56,695 nucleotides of DNA from Dirinaria sp. TL-2023a. Lineage: Eukaryota. The notes under the pieces are model-generated. The model had not been told where the DNA came from and did not search any database. It worked only from the letters and a program-made list of their open reading frames with translations. The stretch is from assembly GCA_051941275.1 (NCBI GenBank), contig JAVEBF010000012.1, positions 1-56,695 on the forward strand, given 5' to 3'. Made by a program: the position numbers and the translations under genes. Below, one piece after another: positions 38,760-50,403 of the stretch (position 1 is the first letter of the stretch; each line of letters starts with the position of its first letter).

Positions 38760-41552
38760 ATGGACAAGCTTGTGGACGCCATCCAGTCGACTCCCATTAT
38801 CGATCATCATGCCCACAATATCCTCCTACCGCCGGAACAGCAGAGGCATCCTTTACTTTCCGTGACAAGTGAAGCTACCGGAGATGCGCTGCAATACACC
38901 TCGTCCACTCTCGCCCACATCCGCGCAGTGCAGCAGCTTTCTGAAATATTGCAGTGCGAATCTGCGTGGCAGACAGTCCAAGAGCAATTGGAACAGAGAA
39001 GAAAAGCACCGGACGATACATGGGCAAAAGAATGTTTCTGCGGAATAGAGACAGTTCTCATTGATGACGGACTGGACGCGGACTCGGTACATCCGTATCA
39101 CTGGCACAACCGCCTAACGCGATCCAAATGTATGAGAATCGTTCGAATCGAGAAGGTCGCAGAGCATCTCATCAACGCCACAATTGAGAATCGTGCACGA
39201 CTTTCCAGCCAAGATCGCGACAACAACCGGCGTTCCTCGGCAAAGAGTGTTGTGGAGAACTTTCTGTCCGAAGTCAACAAAGCCATTTCAGATCCAGAAG
39301 TTGCTGGCTTTAAGTCTGTCGTATGCTACCGATCAGGGCTGGCTATACCGGAATTCAATAGAGCCCGGTCCGAAGAGAAACTTGTTACCACTTTGGCAGA
39401 ATGGAGCGCTTTCGACAAAGCTTTTCGGCTAGAAGAGGAGCAGCTATGTTCTTTCTTCGTTCATCTGACTGCTCAGTCCATCGGGCGGAGCAAATTGAAG
39501 AAACCGTTCCAATTCCACACTGGATTAGGTGATAACGACATCCGCCTGCCAGTTTCTTCTCCTGCTCACCTTCAGCTATTCATTGAAACCTATTCGGCTG
39601 TTCCAATAGTGCTTCTTCATGCAAGCTATCCTTTCACGAGGGAGGCAGGCTATCTTGCCAGCGTTTACGCCAATGTATATCTAGACATTGGAGAGGTCTT
39701 TCCTATGGTAAGCCAAGAGGGACAGGAGAAGGTTATTAGAGATTCTTTAGAGCTCTGCCCCTCCGAAAAGCTTATGTGGAGTACCGATGGCCATTGGTTT
39801 CCTGAGACTTATCTACTAGCAGCTATTCAGGTCAGGCAAGCACTTCAGAAGGTATGTTCGAGTAGAGGACGGCGATATACTTCGGCCGGGCTCAGGTAGC
39901 GTACCTGAGCTGAGAGGTACCAAGATACATTGGCAAGCGGCTCATGAATGCCACCCTATGGTTTTCGCTAGCTCTTGGATTTTTAAGAATGCCAGTGTGG
40001 TTGTTGACAATGCTAATAAAAATATCCTTCATAGGTATTGTGCGAGTATGTAGCCTCTTTGGCCCTTCCAGCAGCATCAGCCATCAAGATCGTTCAAGAC
40101 CTTCTATTCAATACTTCCAACCAACTGTACGACCTTCGTCTCTCACTTACACCGTTTGAGACGACCCAGACTTTGCAAAAACTCGTGTCTGGTGGGATGC
40201 CACCAACATCTGCCATCCAAAAAATTAGTATTCTGCGTCAATTCCTGATTAGATATCCTTTTCTGAAATACCTGCGCTTGCAGTGGGTTGACTACACTGC
40301 AACAGTCCGAGCCAGGGTCTTACCAATCAAGAATGCGCTTGAGATGTTTGACCATGGGAAATGCGTCTCGGTGACGAAAGCCGTCCTGGGGCTGATTCAG
40401 ACTGACGCTATGACCGACTGCCACAGAGCAACAGGCCAGTATGACTTGTATCCGAATTTCGAAAGTCTTCGCATTGGTCCACGAGCAGGATACGCCATGG
40501 TGCAATGTGGAATCAACGATGGATTGGAAACTCCAGCGCCCGCCTGCCCCAGGTCCTCATTACGGACCATCGTTGAGCGGGCCAATGATCAGGGTATATC
40601 TTTCCTTGTTGGGTTTGAGATCGAAGTCGTATTCATGTCGTCCATGGAGTACAGCACGCTTCCCTCGTCCCAAGGACAGGCATGGTCATCAGCACGTGCG
40701 TTGGAGAACTACAGCGTTATGGACGTTGTAGAATCAGCCATGGACCAGCTTGAGCGATCTGGCATTGGAATCCAGCAGTTCCATGCTGAGAGTGGAGCAG
40801 GCCAATTCGAATTCGTCATGGATCCTTTGGATCCTTTGGCAGCTGTCGATTCTTTGATCTGTGCGCGAGAAATCATAGGATCAGAGGCTTCAAAGCATTC
40901 AATGCGGGCGACTTTTGTTCCGAAAGCCAGTGCAGCCGGGACTGGTGCTCATGTCCACGTTTCAATGCTGCCTTCAGAGCCGCATAGAGCATTCCTGGCG
41001 GGTGTCCTAAAGCAATTGTCGGCCATCTTAGCTATCACCTTACCTAATGTTACGAGCTATGATCGGGTGGCTGACAGCGAATGGTCAGGAGGTAAAATAC
41101 CCTTTCCTCGTTCACCATGCTTTATTTCTGACTAAGTTACAGGTACGTGGGTGACATGGGGGACTCAAAATCGGGAAGCGCCCATAAGATATATCTCCGG
41201 CTCGCGATACGAGTTTAAATGTGTTGACGGCTTAGCCAACCCGTACCTTGCACTAGCTGCTATTCTCGGCGCAGGACTGCAAGGAGTGTTAAGTTCGGAG
41301 CCGCTAATTCACAAGGATTGCCTTGATGATCCTGCAAATCTGACATCGGATCAGAGACGCTCATTAGGGATTACCCTACAGGTCCCAAGAAGCATCGACG
41401 AGGCTTTGACATGCTTCAAAAAGTCATCATTGCGAGCTATACTAGGCGATGCGGTTTTTGAAAACTATCTAGCAGTCAAGGAAACAGAAATTAAAATGCT
41501 TCAACCCATGGAACCGGACTCGCGGAGGAAGTGGTTGATTGATAGATACTGA
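38760..41552 (+). CDS. fluG: FluG-like fusion: N-terminal amidohydrolase plus C-terminal glutamine-synthetase-I-like domain
   Basis: PIIDHHAH, GFKSVVCYRSGL, QFHTGLGDND, LLHASYP, STDGHWFPE; then LQWVDYT, GFEIE, FHAESGAGQFE, GAHVH, WGTQNREAP, DGLANPY. Introns 39852-40034 and ~41092-41142. Confidence 0.85.
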
Positions 41553-42039
41553 AGTCAAATACCTCGACTGCCTACAACAGACCACTGGAATCAAGCTGTC
41601 ACATGTTGAGTTTTCAGTCCCGAACTTCGAAGTTTCGATAGGTCATGCTGAATGCTCGATTGGGCTCACGAAGCATGGTCAGCATAGCGTTACGCAGCTT
41701 GCATATTGAGAAAACTATTACATCAGCAATTAAATCTACACAACACGATTTATATCAGTTTTCAAAGCGATCCGTGCCCGCTTCCTTTTACAACGAGCGT
41801 CCATGGAAGATGGAATTATCTCTAATGGAAGGAAAATTCCGAATGAAATACGAGAGTCTGAAATCTACTGTGAATTGTCCTCGTCATTGAAAAACCATAA
41901 AGAAGTACCTCAGGGTCGGCCAGTCTAACATTATCCTTGCAACTGACTCGGAGACTTGCTCTTTGCACTGTGATCTTGTGTAATATACGTAGACAATGGC
42001 CAGCAAACTGTTAATTTCGAGGCAAATTGTACCCATTGC

Positions 42040-42564
42040 CTACCAATGCTCCTCCCCAATAGCCACCGTATCCACATCCACTCCTTCCTTGAACCATCTC
42101 TCTTCCCTCTCCAACTCAATCTCATTGCCACTCATCTGTCTCTTACGCATCTTCCCCTCGGCATCAAATGTCCAATGCTCGATGCCATAACATCTCTTCC
42201 AAACCTCCTTCCCTCGATCTGCCTCCTGAGCATCTCGGTATTCATACCAGAACTGCACCGCGATCTTATTCTCCTGCCACGTAAACAGCTCTTTCCGCAG
42301 GCGGTAATCGAGCTCGTGCTGCCATTTCTTCGTCAGAAAGGAAATGATCTCTTCATGGCCCTTGAAGAAGAGGTTGCGGTTGCGCCAGACGGAGTCCGGC
42401 GTGTAGGCGGGCGCGATTCGCTGGGGATCTCTACAGAGCCGGGTCAGAAGTGTTGGAAGACGGGCAATGATAGGGGAGTTCGACTTGGTGTTCCAAAGGG
42501 CTTGGGCTGCTTTCACTTTCTGATGCGCGGTTTCTTTAGTGAAGGGAGGCGTGAGCGAGGCCAT
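42040..42564 (-). CDS. DUF1348 / SnoaL-like (NTF2-fold) protein, probably with a 54-nt in-frame intron at 42431-42484
   Basis: PPFTKETAHQKVKAAQALWNTK|DPQR...YTPDSVWRNR...FLTKKW..ELDYRLRKELF...IAVQFWYEY...W.RCYGIEHWTF...G.MRKRQMS. Confidence 0.8.
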   Translation of the reverse strand: MASLTPPFTKETAHQKVKAAQALWNTKSNSPIIARLPTLLTRLCRDPQRIAPAYTPDSVWRNRNLFFKGHEEIISFLTKKWQHELDYRLRKELFTWQENKIAVQFWYEYRDAQEADRGKEVWKRCYGIEHWTFDAEGKMRKRQMSGNEIELEREERWFKEGVDVDTVAIGEEHW

Positions 42565-43281
42565 TATCGATTATGAGCAGAGCGGTGATGAGAATTTTGG
42601 GGGAGCAGAGAATGGGATTGAAGGAGGACATGGCAGGGTATATAGGACGACATTGGATCTTTGAGTATCTGGCTATGATGCTTTAGGAAAATGCATCTTG
42701 CCGCCACTAATGTGACGTGTGTAAGCCGAGAGCATATTATCATCATCTACGCCATCTGCAAAATGTGAGAGGACTGAAAATTAATATGGTCCGAATGCGG
42801 GGAGCTTGTTGAAGGGTGATAAACAGACCCTGCTGTAGTCGACGGAAGAAATAGATCGACGCGATTTTTAAAGGTTAACCCTGGACACAGGACTTTCCTG
42901 TCCACAGATCTGGTAAATGGTAATGCTTCTCAAGTAGGGATCGAGTTCACGGCTGAAGACTACCTTGATTGTGGTGTCTCATATTCATATGTATCTAAGC
43001 ATGGTTGAGATAGTAGGAGTCCACCTCGGTCATGAAGGCAAGAGGAAAAATTGAGCATGAACAGGAAGCTGCAGGGCCCAAAGAGGGTTAGGCCATAGCG
43101 TGCCCTAAAGGCTCGCTTAAAAACTAGCGCAAAACCCTCCACCACGACGAATCGAAGGAGCATTTTCCATATGTAGAGATTGCGACTCACCAGCAAAGCA
43201 CGACAAGGTAAGTCTATTGATCTGGCGCTCTAACCTCATTTTCGATCTGGCGGACATCCTGTTAATCTTTTCTCCGAACAG

Positions 43282-43981
43282 ATGGCACCCGCAAAGAAGC
43301 ATATCAAGATCGTCAAGAAACGTACGTCAACCACCTTTGAGCAGTGATCGATACTGTCGGCCTAGTGCAGGCTCAATCTTGCAAACGGCTTGCTGCAAAA
43401 CGTCTCTCCATATCGAAACTGACTCCTCTGCGAGATAGGCACCAAGCGCTTCAACCGGCATCAGAGCGATCGATTCAAATGCGTGGACCCAAGCTGGAGG
43501 AAACCAAAGGGTATCGATAATCGAGTGCGGAGACGATTCAAGGGCCAGGCTGCTATGCCATCCGTATGTGCTAATGATCCATTCGGTCTCTTGAGGATCA
43601 GGGGTGACGGCGCTGGGTCGTGGATCGTGTTGGGGTTTTCTTATTGGGGAAAAATTTGAGGGCATGGAAGGCTAATACATCAATCTTGCGGCTACAGATT
43701 GGCTACGGCTCTAACAAGAAAACCCGCCACCTTATGCCTTCTGGTCACAAAGCTTTCCTCGTCCATAACCCGTCCGATGTCGATCTACTCCTTATGCACA
43801 GCAAAACCTTTGCCGCCGAGTAAGTGCTCTTGGTCGCTGGGCACAATTTTTTGAACGCTAACCAAGGTTTAGGATATCACACTCCGTGTCCTCGAGAAAG
43901 CGCGTTGATATTGTTGCAAAGGCGAAGCAGTTGGGTGTTAAGGTTACAAACGCTAAGGCGAGGGTCACGACGGAAGCTTAG
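43282..43981 (+). CDS. RPL32: 60S ribosomal protein L32 (eL32), four coding exons plus a 5'-UTR intron (43208-43281)
   Basis: Spliced [77 protein letters not shown]...[13 protein letters not shown]...[12 protein letters not shown]. Confidence 0.97.
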
Positions 43982-44204
43982 GAGATGGGCCAGGAAATAT
44001 CAGTGCACGGCATGAAGCTTTGAATTTACTAGATGCCAAAATTCCAAGTGATGTCACGATGGGTGCCTTGGCCGGGTCTCTCACAATGACTGCACTTATA
44101 ATACGCTTCGACACCATCATGGCCAAGTCTCAGCGCCATGCCCACAAGCAGTCTCTCCCTTTCAACGTGCGAGTCCAGCCAGGGCATAGACGGCGCTGAT
44201 TAAT

Positions 44205-45632
44205 TTACAAGCCTCCAGTCACTGATATCTCTGCCGTCTCACTTGAAGCATTGAGGTTTAGCTTTCCAAAACTCTTAACTACGGCGATCGGGTCAGTCTC
44301 CTTCGTGACCTCCATTGGCCCTTCAACGCCGGGAGGCGGTAATGCCCACTCTGGTAGGTCGGTTTCATACTCCCAATTGCCGTCGGCGCACGCGTATCTT
44401 TTGGCATGGAGATAAATGCCCAATTCGTGTTCACCAGGGTCACTGTACAATGCAGTTTGGCACACGTCACAGAGCTCTCCTGTCATCTTCTCTGCTTTTC
44501 GCTTGTTATACTCCTCTACGAGTTCATCGTGATAAGCTATCGCTTCCGCCACTTCTGATTTACCCATTTTCGAGAGTCGCGAGATTATGTCTTCATCGTC
44601 GTCAGAAGCAGCGTCACCTGCCGCGAGATTCGGCCCGAAGACCCGTTGATTGCAATATATTGGATCATTGGATATGGGGTGCCCAAGATACTGAAGATGC
44701 ACGCGGAGCTGGTGGGTTCGGCCGGTTAACGGCAAGCAGCGAACGATTGAATAGCCTTCCTTGGATTTCCATTCCAGCTTGGAATCTCGATCCTTTTCGT
44801 GATCAGTCCGATTGTCTTCTTCCTTGACAAACTCCCCGTTTGCTTTTCGTTGCGGAGGATAGTAAGCCAGTCTCTTAAACACAGTCGTTGCATGCTTGCC
44901 ACTAGCTCTTGCCCTGTTGAGCCCAAGTTTTGGACTTATCTGCATAACTGGTACATTGCAGGTGACATCAGCCTCGGGAAATTCCCCACAGACTCTGGCC
45001 ACATACTCCTTCTTCACGGTTCGTCCCATCAGCTGCGCGCTGAGCTTTTCAGCCGCCTGCGCATGCTTCCCAACGAACATTATACCGCTTGTCAATCGGT
45101 CTAACCGATTACACGGCAATGGGTTCCACTGATAACCCCTCTCCGCCCGCATGATCTCGATGATTGAATTGTAGTTATAGCGGCCTGCAGGATGAACTGG
45201 TACGCCTGCAGGCTTATTGATGACGATCATATCGTTGTCTTCGTGAACAATACCAACTGGCTGGGCCGTGACCGGTGGTTCATGACGGTGCAATGTATGT
45301 GAGATGATGTCGCCATTCCTAACGATCGCTTGAGTCGAAGTCCTTTTCCCATTCACAACAATATTTCCTCGCTCAATAGCATCTTCATAGTATTCGGGTT
45401 TTCGATCACGGTACTCTGTCGCATAGATATCTAATATCCTTCTTCCTCGCCACCTTTCTTTGCAATTAGTATTATAAGTATAGTGATAGGGCATGACTTT
45501 GCGAAGACCATCAGCCAGATAGTACGGTCGCGGCCATGGATCACAAGGAGTAGTCAGCACCGGTGGAGGTGGAACAAAAGGCTCTGCTGCGGTTTTAGAG
45601 GATTCTGCTTGCTCCACAATCGTGAGCGCCAT
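44205..45632 (-). CDS. RluA-family tRNA pseudouridine synthase (Rib2/Pus9-like)
   Basis: S4-like region, HRHEPPV, VINKPAGVPVHP, NRLDRLTSG (catalytic Asp), TGRTHQLRVHL..LGHPI.ND, IYLHA. Confidence 0.9.
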   Translation of the reverse strand: MALTIVEQAESSKTAAEPFVPPPPVLTTPCDPWPRPYYLADGLRKVMPYHYTYNTNCKERWRGRRILDIYATEYRDRKPEYYEDAIERGNIVVNGKRTSTQAIVRNGDIISHTLHRHEPPVTAQPVGIVHEDNDMIVINKPAGVPVHPAGRYNYNSIIEIMRAERGYQWNPLPCNRLDRLTSGIMFVGKHAQAAEKLSAQLMGRTVKKEYVARVCGEFPEADVTCNVPVMQISPKLGLNRARASGKHATTVFKRLAYYPPQRKANGEFVKEEDNRTDHEKDRDSKLEWKSKEGYSIVRCLPLTGRTHQLRVHLQYLGHPISNDPIYCNQRVFGPNLAAGDAASDDDEDIISRLSKMGKSEVAEAIAYHDELVEEYNKRKAEKMTGELCDVCQTALYSDPGEHELGIYLHAKRYACADGNWEYETDLPEWALPPPGVEGPMEVTKETDPIAVVKSFGKLNLNASSETAEISVTGGL

Positions 45633-45874
45633 TTGTGTGGCTCGATTGCGACCTCTCCTCGCAAAGTGCGCGAGTATCCAAGGAGAAGGAGCCAGTGAAA
45701 TCTTTTCCCGTACTGCGTCGCGGAGCTATTCTGACTAGGATGGGTTTGACACAACTTTTTGAAGCCGAGGTTAGACAAGCGTCGGGACTCGGCAAGCTTT
45801 ATTATTTAATGATAGATTCCTAATCGCCGATTCATGTGTGTTCGAAGTTCCCATGATCTACCTTACTCATATCA

Positions 45875-46437
45875 ATGGCTCATAAGAAGCTTATGTCACG
45901 TCGGAGGAGCGATTACGGCTTTCAACTTGAGTACCGAACCCGTTGGTAGGCTGGCTAGGCGCAAGGAAGCTTCGTGATTAGCATTGAAACTTCCTGGGTC
46001 TGACAACGATATGTATCAGCATATGAATAACAGTATATATTCTTTTCTGTTCGTTATCTACAAAACCTGCCTATCTGTACTGACCAAGTAACAGTTTTGA
46101 TTCCGTGATCAATGCCTACCTTATCGAGTATTGTGGTCTACGTCCTTCAACCTCCCGCCAGATCAGTCTCGCTGTTCATTCGCATTGCAATTTCTTCGGC
46201 TTTGTCGCTTATCCTTCCTTGGTCGATCTTGCATTGCGAGTCAACAAGCTGGGCCGTTCAAGTGTCACCTACGAAGTAGCTCTGTTCGAACGTGGTGCTG
46301 AAGATGCAAAAGCTGTCGCAGCTCTTACACATGTGTTTGTCGACAGAGAGACAAATAGATCTGCTGCTGAAGGAATGGCGTCCGAAACCAGGAAAGGCTT
46401 GAGCAAGTTGCTGAACGTCGAGAGGTCGAAGCTTTGA
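45875..46437 (+). CDS. Hot-dog fold thioesterase (4HBT/YbgC-like); first intron lacks a canonical AG acceptor
   Basis: Spliced YRTRW|SDNDMYQHMNNSIYSFL|FDSVINAYL...LRVNKLGRSSVTYEVALF...HVFVDR. Confidence 0.8.
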
Positions 46438-47668
46438 CAGCAGAAGTGACACAGCCAATTGTGCGGAGTTGAACAGGATCTTAGCCATAGTCTGCTCACG
46501 ATCATGTTTTGCATGCAACAGGTTCTGAGCAAAAAGACCCCAGCATCAGTCCCAGCAAGTAACATTAGCGCACAGGCATAGGGCCTTATTCGTGGGAGTG
46601 AACCGTGGGAAAGACTGGGTTCGACTAACGACGTTGACCAGAATGAGCTGAATGTCTGCGGTCTATTGACACAAGGCGGAAAAGGCCTATTGTAAGTTCA
46701 TCCGTCACAAGCTGAATTCGGCCTTTTATGCTGTCGCAAAAAGATTTCTGGGACTGTACAGACTCAGATACTCGATGGTACTATATTGGATTGTGGCGTC
46801 ACTTTCAGAGACACGCCTTACTGTTGAAAGATGGATCTTGAGCGATGTTGCCACGACACGCAAGAGCATATCGACTCTCGCTGACCCCTAAACGAATTAG
46901 CTTTAGGATGCGTATAGCCTGTTCACGCCGGTCCCTACAAAGATCATCATCTGGCTGCTTGCTGGAATTATCTGATGCTTTTTGAGGGTCAGATTTAGAA
47001 CACGCATTGCTCAGGTACGACCAGGGCATGAAGCTCAACGGTGAGTACCAATCTAGTGTAACACGAGGCATATCTCATACCTTTTGAAATACTACCCTAG
47101 TAATTTTGAGTTCACTATAAATGAAAGCCGAAATCTATCTCATGAGCCGATTCCTTCGAGAACACTGAGAGCTCTGACGGACGCCTTAGAGTCTTCACAC
47201 TATAGCTCAGCACGGATCTAAATAGTGATCCTGCGAGTTTCATCTATAAGACAAGTGGTCGCCCAGGTTGACCCACCTGGGAGAAGTCCAGACCTCACAT
47301 GGAGCTCACTGATGGGATAAGAGTGGCGCAAGTATCAGCGTACCAATTAATTATTATCAGCATCACCGTGTCGGTTTCGGCAGGTTTAAAAGCCTAGAAG
47401 GAGTAGAAACCTGGGTTTTCAGCTTCAGATAGCGAGTCAGTATTCGTGCGTAGTCACGAGAGGGCACGGCCGTGCTGGAGAAAGCATGATGCCGAGTTAC
47501 AGAGGGAGTAGATAATACCTTTGAATTGATGCAAGCTCGCTTAGTCTGACGGTCAGGCTACCTTAGTGCTTAGAGAAAGCTTATCTACACGCAAGACGGT
47601 AAGGTAAGGTAGGAGGATAGGGAGGTAACGAGTACCTAGGGTGGGTCAGCTTTGTTTTACACTACTTA

Positions 47669-48227
47669 TGTAGGCAAGAGGTTTGCGCACCCACCAACTT
47701 GTCAATGCGCACCCACCATTTCGGTACACGCACCCACTAATCTAGGGTTGCCCAATTTTCTAGGGTTAGAAGTCTTCTTCTAGGGTTAGAACTCTGATTT
47801 CTAGGTTTAGGACCCTGATTTAATCAGGATCAGCTAGAATTTCGAAGCAAAATAAACAAATCACACTCAGATTTTTCTGTATGCACGCTCTTAAGTAGGT
47901 ACTTAGCATTATCTTGTCGCATCATTTTCTCAAAAACGTTACGGAGGTCCGCCTCATAAGTTCTGACTAGCGCGGTCAATGCTACAGATGAAGTTTACTG
48001 AAAATCGTCTAGGGAACCATCTAATATTATCATCCGAGCACTTCAATTTGCTATTCAAGCTCTACAAAGTCTACCTGTAGTTATCTGAACGATTCGGAAT
48101 TATCTCGGATTCATGTGGCAGCTAGCTGATTCTCGTTAGCCCAGGGTCTCAACCCTAGAAAATTGGGCAACCCTAGATTAGTGGGTGCGCGTACCGAAAT
48201 GGTGGGTGCGCAAACCTCTTGCCTACA
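47669..48227. mobile_element. Non-autonomous DNA transposon (MITE, Ginger-like termini), 559 bp
   Basis: Termini TGTAGGCAAGAGGTTTGCGCACCCACC...GGTGGGTGCGCAAACCTCTTGCCTACA. Inverted similarity extends to ~47837 and from ~48122. CTTA direct repeat at 47665-47668 and 48228-48231. Confidence 0.9.
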
Positions 48228-48619
48228 CTTAGATAGTGTGGTGTCTGCCTTATCTTAGCGTCTTGAACCTTTTTTGGTAGATACCTTACAGGAGTAGATA
48301 GTAGAGTAAGGTAGACCGGTCTTACCGTGAACGGCTACCTTACATCTAAGATATCGTTCGCGAAACTTCACTGTCGTTACTTGAGGACCTTCCAAGTAGA
48401 TATTCATCATTGATGCCCAGTCCAGTACCGAAAATTCTTCAAGTTTGATCCTCTGAGCTACTTAGTACTAGTGGTCATATCCTAGATTTCACTTTCACGA
48501 CGATGCAGTCGAGTCTATACATTGAATCCAGTACCAGGATACGCCGCTCCTTTTTGTCGTAGGAATAGAATTGGACTGCTACATGCTAGGATCTTTGGTG
48601 CTGCTGCACAACACGCACT

Positions 48620-50403
48620 ATGGGTCACCCTCAGTTGGTCGAAAACATGTTCTCTCAGACAATAACTGGAAACGGATCTGACGGGAAAGAACGCTCGCTG
48701 CTACAGCTTCCACTCAATTTGATAGCTCTTATAGTGACATACGTAAGATCACTAGCGATATAATCTGCACGTGTATTCAGATCCTGACAATCAGTAGATC
48801 GAACAGCCGGGAGATCTCGCTCGCATCTGTCGAACATGCCGTGTCCTGCATTACATGGCTGTACCAAAGCTCTACACGGACGTGTCTATTCGGTCGTACG
48901 ACTACATACGGTATTCCCAGGAAGATGGCCGGCCAGAAGGTTGTGGGATGGCAAGCCCATTCACTATGGCTTTGAATGGCCTAGTATCGAGGAATGTCGC
49001 GGGCAATGTGAAGAGTCTCCGGCTACATGGTCGATGGAAGGACTCCGAGGTGGCGGACTGCGCTAAAGCTGGACGAGTGCCTGATAGTGACATGATGCTG
49101 AACTGCTTGGTGCGCGTAGCTGTGGACAGGATGACCGCATTGGAGGCCTTCAGGTGTGTTTGATTAAAATTGTAACACTTGCCAGTCGACTCACTATGCT
49201 CTCTACAGCTGGGAGCTTAATACGAAGATGCTTTTCACTGTTTGGCAGGGACTAGGACAATCTACAGTCACCCACCTTATCATGAAGTTCCCTTCGACTC
49301 GAGAACCCAAACCGATTGCAATAGCTCCACCGATACCGAATCTGAGCAGTCTCAAGATCTATGATATTGATCCTCTTTGCTATGCGGACGATATCTCTCT
49401 CCTTTTGCTAGAGTCAAGGAAGTTGCGGAAGCTCTCATTCTGCTGGAGCCCACGGATGAAGGAAGCAAGAGAGCCTAGTGTCACAATCAATTCGTTCTTT
49501 GGAAGGGTTCTGTCCAGTTCCCGCACATTAAGTCTCACAGATTTAACGCTGAAGAACCTATATACGCACAACACGGGAGGATGCAAAGAAATGCTTGACT
49601 CTTCTACGCTGGAAAACTTGACGTTCATTGGAAGCGTCACTGGCATCACCGACCACGGCGCTTCAGGATTTCTTGACCCGACTTGGCGCCCTGAAGCCCC
49701 GACCGGCATTGGAAGTCTGCGGATGTTGAGGATCGATAAAGTATCGAAGCGTCAAGCTGCATTTTTAAATTCGATCACAGGTCTGGAAAAGGTTTACCTC
49801 ATCGGAGCTCACCAGTCAGAGAAAGACGAGGCCGGCGGCATGTCTACTCCGGTGACCAACTCCCCTGCTTCTAGCACTTCTACGACCTCAGGCGACTGCA
49901 ACATGTCCAGCCTCAAGGACGAATACGTTGATGTCCTTACGCGAAACCACGGGAGCACCCTGCGCCATCTACTGCTGATGCCACAATGGCGCTTTGGATC
50001 GGACGATATTGCGAAGATTGTCAAGAATTGTCCCAACCTCGAACAGCTTGGGATCGGGGTAGAACTCAAACAATTCGACAATCTCCGGCTCCTGGTCCCG
50101 TTCCTTCCTCGACTAACCGCTCTCAGGCTTTTGGCCAATCCAGCGGACCCATCTTTCGCCGAGAAGATGAAAGAGCTTGACGTCAGTGGGATTCACGAGG
50201 AGAACATCGGTTCGCAATCTTTGAATCAAGAGTTCAGCCCTTTGAAATGGATCGAGCTCGCAGATATCGTATTCTATATCGGTAGAACTGAATCATATGT
50301 GGATTCCGGGGGCCGGCGACTGTATCGCAAACATGTGACTAGAAAGTCGAGGGAAGATGTGAACCACATCGCTATTTGGAGCATGGACTCGCTTGATACA
50401 TAA
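48620..50403 (+). CDS. F-box-like protein with leucine-rich (RNI-like) C-terminal region, multi-exon
   Basis: Spliced SLLQLPLNLIALIVTY|IEQPGDLARICRTCRVLHYMAVPKLY (F-box pattern); later LRKLS, LENLT, LRMLRI, CPNLEQLGI, LPRLTALRL repeats. Confidence 0.75.

Noticed and set aside
44205..45632. Bifunctional DRAP deaminase (full Rib2)
   Set aside because: Only the pseudouridine synthase part is visible; no C-terminal HAE...PCxxC deaminase motif.
46590..46650. GGTTCGA resembling a tRNA T-loop
   Set aside because: No T-stem pairing, acceptor stem or D-arm can be built.
47740..47812. GGGTTAG-like repeats as an interstitial telomere
   Set aside because: The units are spaced ~20 nt apart rather than tandem TTAGGG, and they are mirrored in the opposite TIR, so they belong to the transposon.
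47669..48227. Solo LTR (TG..CA ends, 4-bp TSD)
   Set aside because: The inverted terminal similarity exceeds 100 bp, far longer than the short inverted ends of LTRs.
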